Below, piece after piece: positions 56,646 through 64,000 of a stretch of DNA of 64,000 nucleotides. Every line of letters starts with the position of its first letter. Within the stretch, counting starts at the first letter, position 1. This DNA comes from Magnetococcales bacterium (GTDB lineage Bacteria; Pseudomonadota; Magnetococcia; Magnetococcales; JADFYX01): assembly GCA_015231305.1 (NCBI GenBank), contig JADGBW010000001.1:46190-110189 (forward strand). The letters are read 5' to 3'. The position numbers and the translations under genes are program-made. A model generated the notes under the pieces. That model did no database searches, was not told the origin of the DNA, and saw only the letters and a list, made by a program, of their open reading frames with translations.

Positions 56646-59600
56646 ATGAGTGTAAACCAGAGATTTTTAGCACTAATTATTATTATGGCATCACTAGCCA
56701 CTGTAACTGGCTTTGGTGGTATTTGGCTGCTTTATAAAACTGCAACCAACCAAGAACAAATTAGACTAACAGAATTTGTACAGAGTCGCGCCCGTCTTAT
56801 GGAGGCTATTGCTAGGTTTAATGCAGCAAATAGTTCTGACCTACCTGGAGGTAGTGAATTAGCGACAGTTTCACAAATAAAAGAAGCCCACAAACAGTTT
56901 TCTGGTTTTGGAGAGTCTGGTGAGTTTACCCTTGCCAAAAAAGTAGACGACAATATTGTTTTTATACTTAACCATCGCCACAACAATAAAGAGTCTACCA
57001 ACTTAGTAGCATTTGATTCCAAATTAGCGGAACCAATGCGTAGAGCACTAATGGGTAAATCAGGAATTATTATTGGTCCTGATTATCGGGGAGTAGATGT
57101 TATAGCCGCCCACGAACCCATAGCCGTACTAAATTTTGGTATTGTGGCAAAAATTGATTTAACTGAAATACGCGCACCTTTTATAAAAGCTACACTTTAT
57201 TGGATATTTTTTGCATTAAGTCTTGTTGCTCTTGCTGTATTTATTTTTTATAAAATTGGCTCCCCTATTTTAAACACTATACAACAAAATGAAAAAAAAC
57301 TTGGCTTACAAGTCAACTGTATAAACAAGCTACAACAGCAGTTTATTCAAGCTACTCATCCTGATAAACTTTTTAATAATTTGTTGGAAGAAGTATTAAA
57401 AATTACTGACAGTGCATACGGATTTGTAGATGAGGTGCTTTATGATAAAAATGGTGATGCATATCTACAAGCATTGGCAATTAGCAATATTGCCTGGAAT
57501 GAAAAATTGCAAAGGTTCTCTTCAGACAACACTCCACCCGGCTTAATTTTGCAACAAATGCACGGGATTTATGCCGAACCTTTTAAAACAGGCATACCAT
57601 ATATATCCAACAACCCAAAAATAAACATACAAAATAGTAACCCTACTGATGACCCAACACCGTTAAAAAGCTTTATTGGGCTACCATTAAAAATTGATGA
57701 TAAAGTTGTTGCAGTTATAGGCTTAGCAAACAGATCTTCTGGGTATGACCAAGAGTTAATCGATTTTTTAAAACCAGTAACAACAGCATGTGCCAGAGTT
57801 ATTGAAAATTATAAAAATCAAATAAATATGTTACATGCTAAAGAAGCCTTAAAGGCAAGTGAAGACCGCTTCAGATCTCTTGTGGAGTCTACTTCAGACT
57901 GGATTTGGGAGATGGATACCTTTGCAAACTTCCAATATGTAAGCCCAAGAGTAAAAGATATTTTAGGATATGAGCCTGAAGAACTTATCGGCAAAATGAC
58001 TGGTTTTGACCTTATGCCACCTGATGAGGCAAAAAAAGTACATGCTAAATATAGTGAATTTGTTGCAGAAGAAAAATCTTTTAGTGGGATGACCTACATT
58101 ATTACCAATAAAAGCGGTCAAAACAGAGTGATGGAATCTAATGCCCGCCCTTTCTTTGACAATAACGGGAAATTACTAGGATATAGGGGTATAGACCGGG
58201 ACATTACAAAACGTATAGAACAAGAGACGATATTTAAAAAGGTAGAACTACGCCAACGCCTGATACTAAACTCAGCTGGAGACGGTATATATGGCATTGA
58301 TATTAATGGCATGGCTACATTTGTAAACCCTGCTGCTGCTAATATGATTGGCTGGCAACAAGAAGAACTTATTGGTTTAGATCTTCATAGCGTTTTACAT
58401 AAAAAACATGCCGATGGTTCGCAATATTTACATAAAGATTGCCCAATTTATACATCTTTAAAAGATGGTAAAACCCATACAATTAAACATGAGGTTTTCT
58501 GGAGAAAGGATGGCAATAGTTTTCCCGTTGAATATATAAGCACACCTATTATTGAACAAGATAATATTGTAGGAGCAGTGGTTATATTCAGAGACATCAC
58601 CCAACGTAAAAAGATTGAGAAACGTCTGCGTGAGTTAACTGAGGCAGTTGAGCAGAGTCCGGCAAGTGTTGTAATTACTGATACTGATGGAATTATCCAG
58701 TATGTTAATCCACAATTTTGCAATTTAACTGGTTACTCCTCCAAAGAGTCAATTGGCGTTAGCCCAGGAATTTTAAAATCTGGAAGTATGTCAGAAAGTG
58801 CATATAAACAATTGTGGGATACAATATTAGCTGGAAAAATATGGCATGGTGAATTTCATAACAGAAAGAAAAATGGCGATCTATATTGGGAGTCGGCAAG
58901 CATATCTCCTATTCGTGATTCTGAAAATAGAATAACAAATTTTCTAGCTGTTAAAGAAGACATAACAGAACGAAAAAAAATTGAAGATGAGCTAAAACGT
59001 TCTAAGGAGATAGCAGAAAAGGCTAATGAGTCTAAAAGCATGTTTCTTGCTGCTATGAGCCATGATATCCGTACTCCTATGAATGCAATATTAGGTATGG
59101 CAGAGATTCTGTCTGAAAGTAAATTAGATGATGAACAAAGTCACTATTTAAAGGTAATAAATAGTGCTGGTGAAGGTCTTTTAGCTCTTATAAATGATAT
59201 TCTAGATTTATCGAAAATAGAAGCTGGAAAACTAGAACTTGAGACTATTCCATTTTCTCCACATGAGTTGGCTGGTAATACAGTAAAAATACTAAAAACC
59301 AAAGCGTTAAGCCAAGGTGTCGGGCTTTCTAGCAAAATTGACAACTCTATACCTGACCAGATAGTGGGCGACCCTCAAAGAATTAAACAAATTTTATTAA
59401 ACCTACTATCAAACGCGCTTAAATTTACCGAAAGAGGAAAAATTGTTTTAACTATAACGCAAATTCAAAATAAATATTTACGTTTATCTGTTTCTGATAC
59501 AGGAGTAGGTATAGCAAAAGAGAGACAAGAGACTATATTTCAGCCGTTTAAACAGGCAGAAAGCTCTACCACTCGTCGTTTTGGTGGAACCGGACTTGGT

Positions 59601-60143
59601 CTGTCTATCTGTCAAAAGTTAGTATCATTGATGGAAGGAAAAATTTGGGTAGATAGTACACTAGATGAAGGAAGCACTTTTTACTTTGAAATACCACTTC
59701 AGTTAGCTACAAAAACCGATACACAGCAGCAGACTGGGTTTAATAATAACGTTATAAAGGGTTCTAAAAATATTGGTTTATCCATTCTATTGGCAGATGA
59801 TGCCCCAGAAAATTGTTTTGTTGTAGAAGCATATTTAAAAAGTACAGCCCACAATTTAACCATAGTTGGTGATGGCTTAAAAGCACTAGAGAAATTTAAA
59901 AAAGGTGCTTATGATATTGTGCTTATGGACATTAATATGCCTGTTTTAAATGGTTACGAGGCAACTAAAAAAATTAGAGAATGGGAGAGAGAAAAATCAC
60001 GTTCGCCAACGCCTATATTGGCACTAACAGCTAACGCAATGAAAGAGGATATCAATAAAACTCGCGAAGCTGGCTGTAACCTACATATATCTAAACCCAT
60101 ACGCAAGCAACGACTGCTTGAGGTTATTGGTTTATTTTCTTAA
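56646..60143 (+). CDS. Hybrid sensor histidine kinase (periplasmic sensor between two TMs, GAF, three PAS, HisKA, HATPase_c, REC)
   Basis: The TMs lie at aa ~7-30 and ~185-205. The GAF region shows AYGFVDEV...IGLANR. PAS blocks are present (WIWEMD.., GIYGIDINGMATFVNPAA, VVITDTDGIIQYVNPQF). H-box is FLAAMSHDIRTPMNAI, followed by GGTGLGLSICQ. The REC domain shows ILLADD...VLMDINMPVLNG. Confidence 0.9.
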   Translation: MSVNQRFLALIIIMASLATVTGFGGIWLLYKTATNQEQIRLTEFVQSRARLMEAIARFNAANSSDLPGGSELATVSQIKEAHKQFSGFGESGEFTLAKKVDDNIVFILNHRHNNKESTNLVAFDSKLAEPMRRALMGKSGIIIGPDYRGVDVIAAHEPIAVLNFGIVAKIDLTEIRAPFIKATLYWIFFALSLVALAVFIFYKIGSPILNTIQQNEKKLGLQVNCINKLQQQFIQATHPDKLFNNLLEEVLKITDSAYGFVDEVLYDKNGDAYLQALAISNIAWNEKLQRFSSDNTPPGLILQQMHGIYAEPFKTGIPYISNNPKINIQNSNPTDDPTPLKSFIGLPLKIDDKVVAVIGLANRSSGYDQELIDFLKPVTTACARVIENYKNQINMLHAKEALKASEDRFRSLVESTSDWIWEMDTFANFQYVSPRVKDILGYEPEELIGKMTGFDLMPPDEAKKVHAKYSEFVAEEKSFSGMTYIITNKSGQNRVMESNARPFFDNNGKLLGYRGIDRDITKRIEQETIFKKVELRQRLILNSAGDGIYGIDINGMATFVNPAAANMIGWQQEELIGLDLHSVLHKKHADGSQYLHKDCPIYTSLKDGKTHTIKHEVFWRKDGNSFPVEYISTPIIEQDNIVGAVVIFRDITQRKKIEKRLRELTEAVEQSPASVVITDTDGIIQYVNPQFCNLTGYSSKESIGVSPGILKSGSMSESAYKQLWDTILAGKIWHGEFHNRKKNGDLYWESASISPIRDSENRITNFLAVKEDITERKKIEDELKRSKEIAEKANESKSMFLAAMSHDIRTPMNAILGMAEILSESKLDDEQSHYLKVINSAGEGLLALINDILDLSKIEAGKLELETIPFSPHELAGNTVKILKTKALSQGVGLSSKIDNSIPDQIVGDPQRIKQILLNLLSNALKFTERGKIVLTITQIQNKYLRLSVSDTGVGIAKERQETIFQPFKQAESSTTRRFGGTGLGLSICQKLVSLMEGKIWVDSTLDEGSTFYFEIPLQLATKTDTQQQTGFNNNVIKGSKNIGLSILLADDAPENCFVVEAYLKSTAHNLTIVGDGLKALEKFKKGAYDIVLMDINMPVLNGYEATKKIREWEREKSRSPTPILALTANAMKEDINKTREAGCNLHISKPIRKQRLLEVIGLFS

Positions 60144-60154
60144 TAGTTATGGTG

Positions 60155-60646
60155 CTATATAGTTACGTCAACTCTAACATCTTTTGCCAGCGGTATAGTT
60201 GATAGTTGCTCTTTTGAGAAGCGATGTCCACTATCATGAGCCGCTTTAAGAAAAAGCTTTGCAACAGCTCTATTAGGAGAACCTTGAGAGACAATAACAC
60301 TAGGAGTGGTAAAAACTAACCCTTGAGGTGGTTTATGTTTCATCTCCTCTTTTTGCACCTGTGCCTCTTGATTCGCCATCTCTTGTTTTGCCTTCTCCTC
60401 TTCTTTCACCTCTTGCGCCACCATATCATAAGAGACAGTTTGGTTTTTAGAACCATCATCTTGAGGATCAGGATCAATCATATCGCGTTTTACATCATCA
60501 GCCAAATCATTAGCAGTGGCTTTGGATGTGGGACTTATACGCACAGCAGCTCCAGCACTAATCTCTTGTACCGCAGCCCGAAAGCTAACTCGGTCTTGCA
60601 GCTCACTGGTTACGCCACCTATAGCCCTACTATGTAATGGTAACAT
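60155..60646 (-). CDS. Hypothetical protein (acidic/Lys-rich central region)
   Basis: AAGGAGG lies 6 nt upstream of ATG 60646 (MLPLHSRAIGG...). The track start GTG 60670 would include that RBS. I recognise no family. Confidence 0.4.
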   Translation of the reverse strand: MLPLHSRAIGGVTSELQDRVSFRAAVQEISAGAAVRISPTSKATANDLADDVKRDMIDPDPQDDGSKNQTVSYDMVAQEVKEEEKAKQEMANQEAQVQKEEMKHKPPQGLVFTTPSVIVSQGSPNRAVAKLFLKAAHDSGHRFSKEQLSTIPLAKDVRVDVTI

Positions 60647-60731
60647 AATAAACCTCCTTATCTTGAGCACAACACTGGCTCAAGTATACTAATAACTAAT
60701 CCTTAATATTAGTATCGGAGTATATGCTGTT

Positions 60732-61364
60732 TTACTTTAACTTTTGATCAAAACCGCAATATTGAGTGATGAGACAATCATCACATTTAGGGGAGCGAGC
60801 CGTACAGACATAACGACCATGGAGTATTAACCAATGGTGGGCATGTTGTAGATATGGTGGAGGTATTATTTTAACTAATTTTGCCTCAATTTTTTTTGGG
60901 TTTTTCTCTTTCACCAAACCTAGGCGGTTAGAAACCCGTAATACATGAGTATCTACTGCTAATGTTGGCTGGTTAAAAGCTACATTTAAAATAACGCTGG
61001 CAGTTTTATGCCCAACACCTGGCAATGCCTCAAGCCCTGCTCGGTTGTCTGGAACTTGTGAGTTATGCTTTTCTATTAACATTTGGCTTAAAGCGTATAC
61101 ACTCTTGGCTTTATTATTAAAAAGCCCAATAGTACGGATTAACTCCCTTATTCCATCCTCACCCAAAATTACCATAGCTTCAGGGTTAGGGGCAGCCGCA
61201 AAAAGAGCTGGTGTTGCTTTGTTAACACTAATATCTGTTGCTTGAGCAGAAAGAACCACGGCAACTAAAAGCTGAAAATTGTTTTTATAGGTTAATTCAC
61301 TCTTAGGATGAGGATTAACTTTCATCAAGATATCAAATAGTGCAATAATGTTATTTTTTTTCAT
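60732..61364 (-). CDS. nth: Endonuclease III
   Basis: The HhH-GPD motif is LPGVGHKTASVIL. The catalytic region is AVDTHVLRV. The C-terminal 4Fe-4S cluster is CTARSPKCDDCLITQYC. Confidence 0.9.
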   Translation of the reverse strand: MKKNNIIALFDILMKVNPHPKSELTYKNNFQLLVAVVLSAQATDISVNKATPALFAAAPNPEAMVILGEDGIRELIRTIGLFNNKAKSVYALSQMLIEKHNSQVPDNRAGLEALPGVGHKTASVILNVAFNQPTLAVDTHVLRVSNRLGLVKEKNPKKIEAKLVKIIPPPYLQHAHHWLILHGRYVCTARSPKCDDCLITQYCGFDQKLK

Positions 61365-61412
61365 TTAAAATCACAAAACTAAATTTAACAAAAAATTAAT
61401 ATTAAAGAAATT

Positions 61413-63449
61413 ATGCCCATTACAAAACACTACTCAACTTGTGCCTTGGACTGTCCAGGAGCCTGTGCTCTTTTAGTTAACATAGAAGATAGACAGCTTA
61501 AATCTATTAAAGGTGATACTGAACACCCTTTTACCCAAGGAGTTATCTGCGGCAAAGTTTCCCGCTATGCTGATATTCAAAATGGCAAACGAATTTCAAC
61601 TCCCCTTTTAAGAGTAGGAACAAAAGGTGATGGAGAGTATAAAGAGATAAGTTGGGACAGTGCAATGGAACGGATTGTAGAAGGTATTCAATCCGCCACA
61701 AAAAAACATGGTCCAGAATCAATATTGCCATATAATTCTAGTGGAACCATGGGGATTATACAAAAACAGGCTATTGATCGTTTAGGTAACAGAGCTGGTT
61801 TTTCCCGAATAAATGATACCGTATGTTACTCCATTGGCTTTTCTGGCTGGCAAGCCGGTGTGGGCAAAGCTATTGGCCCCAACCCCACAGAGATAAGTGA
61901 TAGTGATCTTGTTGTTCTATGGGGTATTAATGCTGCAACCACTCATATTACATTGATGCATCATGTAAAAAAAGCCCGTAAAAAAGGGGCAAAACTAATT
62001 GTTGTTGACCCCTACCGCAATAAAACAGCAAAAATTGCAGACCAACATATTGCCCCCCTACCCGGCTCTGATGGCGCTTTGGCCTGTGCTATGATGCATG
62101 TTCTGCTTAAAGAAGATTTTGCCAATTGGGATTATCTGCAAAAAATGACAGATTTTGATGGTGATCTACTAGCACACCTTGAAGAAAAAACTCCAGAATG
62201 GGCTGCCCCTTTAACAGGTCTTTCAACTGATGAAATAATAAACTTTGCCCGTAGCTATGGAGAGGCCCAAGCTCCGTTTATTAGAGTTGGCATTGGTATG
62301 AGCCGTCAAAACAACGGTGCTGTTAATATTCATAGTGTCTCCTGTCTGCCAGCAATAACAGGAGCGTGGGAAAAAAAAGGTGGGGGTGCTCTGTTTGCTA
62401 CAGGAGATGGCTTTCATGTAAACAAAGAGCCTGTTTTGCAAAACAAATGGCGCAAAAAAAAGGTAAGGCAAATAGATACCAGTCTTTTAGGACAAGCTCT
62501 TATTGATGACAACCTTGAGCCTCCAATTGCAGTTTTATTGGTATTTAATGGTAACCCTGCTGGTAGCCTCCCTGGGTTAAACAAGGTTCATAAGGGGCTG
62601 CAAAGAGAAGATCTTTTCACCGTTGTCCATGAACAGGTGATGACCGATACAGCCCGTTATGCCGATATTATTCTACCTGCCACCACCTTTTTAGAGCATG
62701 AAGATATTTATAAATCATACGGACAAACCACATTACAATATGCTGGCAAGCTACTTCCCCCTAAAGATGAAGCACGTTGCAACCATGATATGGTTAACGA
62801 CTTAGCAATACGTTTAGGTTATAATGATGAAGCTTTCACATTTAGTTCTGCTGAGATGATAAAACAAGTTGTGGCTGCTTCTAATTATCCACCTATTAAA
62901 CAATGGACTAACGAGCAGTGGTTAGAGTGCGCTCCATCTTGGGAAGATAGCCATTTTATAAAAGGTTTTCCCCAAAAAGATGGTAAATTTCATTTCTACC
63001 CACGTTGGTCAAACCCAGACATGCCGCCAGTACCAGACCATTGGGCAGTTAATAGACGGGACAATATTTTAATTAAAAACCGTTACCCCCTTGATTTTAT
63101 GCTTCCCCCTGCAAATGAGGTTTTAAACACAACATTTAGCAGTTCTGAGAAAATAAATAAAAAGCGTGGTGGCCCAAAATTAATGCTAAACCCTATTGAT
63201 GCCAAAAGTAGAAATATTACAGATGGTGATACAATCCAGGTGTTTAATGATCTGGCCTGTTTAACATTAAAAGCTCAGGTAACTACTGCTGTACGGCAGG
63301 GTTTGTCTCTTTGTGAAATAAATTATTCAGGTGATGAGTTTCCAGAAGGCATCTCTCTTAATGCTCTAAGCCATGACAATTGGGTTGCCCCCAACGGTGG
63401 CCCAGCTTTTCATGATAACCGGGTAGAGGTAGAGCTGGTTAAACCTTAA
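61413..63449 (+). CDS. Molybdopterin (bis-PGD) oxidoreductase family protein, cytoplasmic type
   Basis: The N-terminal Fe-S motif is CALDCPGACAL...C. LWGINAATTH and the C-terminal beta-barrel domain fit the family. There is no Tat signal. Confidence 0.8.
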   Translation: MPITKHYSTCALDCPGACALLVNIEDRQLKSIKGDTEHPFTQGVICGKVSRYADIQNGKRISTPLLRVGTKGDGEYKEISWDSAMERIVEGIQSATKKHGPESILPYNSSGTMGIIQKQAIDRLGNRAGFSRINDTVCYSIGFSGWQAGVGKAIGPNPTEISDSDLVVLWGINAATTHITLMHHVKKARKKGAKLIVVDPYRNKTAKIADQHIAPLPGSDGALACAMMHVLLKEDFANWDYLQKMTDFDGDLLAHLEEKTPEWAAPLTGLSTDEIINFARSYGEAQAPFIRVGIGMSRQNNGAVNIHSVSCLPAITGAWEKKGGGALFATGDGFHVNKEPVLQNKWRKKKVRQIDTSLLGQALIDDNLEPPIAVLLVFNGNPAGSLPGLNKVHKGLQREDLFTVVHEQVMTDTARYADIILPATTFLEHEDIYKSYGQTTLQYAGKLLPPKDEARCNHDMVNDLAIRLGYNDEAFTFSSAEMIKQVVAASNYPPIKQWTNEQWLECAPSWEDSHFIKGFPQKDGKFHFYPRWSNPDMPPVPDHWAVNRRDNILIKNRYPLDFMLPPANEVLNTTFSSSEKINKKRGGPKLMLNPIDAKSRNITDGDTIQVFNDLACLTLKAQVTTAVRQGLSLCEINYSGDEFPEGISLNALSHDNWVAPNGGPAFHDNRVEVELVKP

Positions 63450-63471
63450 TTTTGCTGTTTGTTAATAGATA

Positions 63472-63837
63472 TTAACGACGACGGAGTATATAAATAATAA
63501 CAAGCACTACTGTAGCCCCTACTCCATCAGCAACCCAGTCCCAAATATCGGCATAACGACCAGGAACAAATGATTGATGCCATTCGTCAGTGGCTCCATA
63601 AACTACGGCATAAAGCCAAGCCCAGAATAGAGACCAAATATTGTTCGAAAAAATGGAAGATACCCTTAAAGCAAAATATGCCAACAATCCATAAGCGGTA
63701 GCATGAAAAAGTTTATCTTGATGTAAAAATGTTGGCCCAGAAATTTGTAATGTTTGTGACGATAGATAGAATATAATTGCGCTATATGCTATTAAAGCAA
63801 AACACCAAAATATTTGGAAAATAGTTTTGTGAGACAT
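63472..63837 (-). CDS. VanZ-family membrane protein
   Basis: DKLFHATAYGLLAYF and TDEWHQSFVPGRYADIWDWVADGVG are the supporting motifs, with four TM segments. Confidence 0.7.
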   Translation of the reverse strand: MSHKTIFQIFWCFALIAYSAIIFYLSSQTLQISGPTFLHQDKLFHATAYGLLAYFALRVSSIFSNNIWSLFWAWLYAVVYGATDEWHQSFVPGRYADIWDWVADGVGATVVLVIIYILRRR

Positions 63838-63855
63838 AGCAGTTTTTTTTAACCG

Positions 63856-63965
63856 ATAATCCTATATTCGGCAGCTTTTTGCACTTAACGGTACAAGCTT
63901 TTGCTTCACCTGGAAAGTCAGAAAAAAATCTCATCACCAACAAGGTGTTTTCAATTTTTTTCTGA
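63856..63965. repeat. Structured repeat, copy C (possibly truncated by the window end)
   Basis: ATAATCCTATATTCGGCAG differs by one mismatch from the copy A left end. An inner hairpin joins TCAGAAAAAAAT (63918-63929) to ATTTTTTTCTGA (63954-63965). Its apex ATCACCAACAAGGTG is the reverse complement of the copy A apex core. Confidence 0.55.
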
Positions 63966-64000
63966 TTCACAAGATAAAGCAATATGTAGCGCTAATAATG

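Noticed and set aside
63782-63982. A 66-aa minus-strand ORF upstream of vanZ
   Set aside because: It overlaps the vanZ start and is largely made of repeat copy C, so the repeat explains the sequence better.
1-64000. A search for rRNA, tRNA, CRISPR arrays, integrases/transposases and prophage genes
   Set aside because: None was recognised by eye in any intergenic region or ORF translation. tRNAscan, Infernal or CRISPR finders would be needed to exclude small RNA genes formally.

Overview
This is an AT-rich bacterial chromosomal window. I recognised no rRNA, tRNA, CRISPR array, transposase or integrase. All calls rest on reading the ORF translations and the DNA by eye; no searches were run. 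LEFT (1-22.1 kb): a glycan / modified-sugar island. It holds four clear radical SAM enzymes (two B12-binding type, one SPASM type, one plain) and probably a fifth truncated at the left edge. It also holds two separate thiamine-diphosphate C2-transfer systems: a split transketolase, and an orphan E1 alpha/beta pair with no E2/E3. Other members are a HAD-kinase fusion, a cytidylyltransferase-PfkB kinase fusion, two SAM methyltransferases, a WbuC-like cupin and three CgeB-like putative glycosyltransferases, two of which are tandem paralogues. A frameshifted antitoxin remnant and a cspA-type gene with its own promoter, long leader and terminator are embedded in it. MIDDLE (22.1-34.6 kb): a stand-alone tandem-CZB protein; feoA, feoB and a Cys-rich peptide with a Fur-box-like site; an RsbU/STAS/RsbW-type partner-switching set with no sigma factor; an alanine:cation symporter; a second Fur-box-like site in a divergent promoter for small membrane proteins; and an HD-GYP protein. 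RIGHT (34.8-64 kb): mfd, then a two-gene AT-rich islet. The first islet protein joins a polytopic membrane domain, an OmpA-like domain and a K+-channel pore (TTTGYG); the second is a TM/coiled-coil/repeat protein. After that come a TPR-GT41 (OGT-like) protein, an EB_dh/DOMON-like periplasmic protein, a hybrid histidine kinase, a REC-cyclase, copA, a sulfotransferase, a second hybrid kinase, nth, a Mo-bisPGD oxidoreductase and vanZ. A family of GC-richer hairpin repeats occupies four intergenic sites. The best candidates for something undescribed are (1) the OmpA-like/K+-pore membrane protein with its coiled-coil partner, (2) the radical-SAM/TPP-rich sugar pathway, and (3) the structured repeat family.
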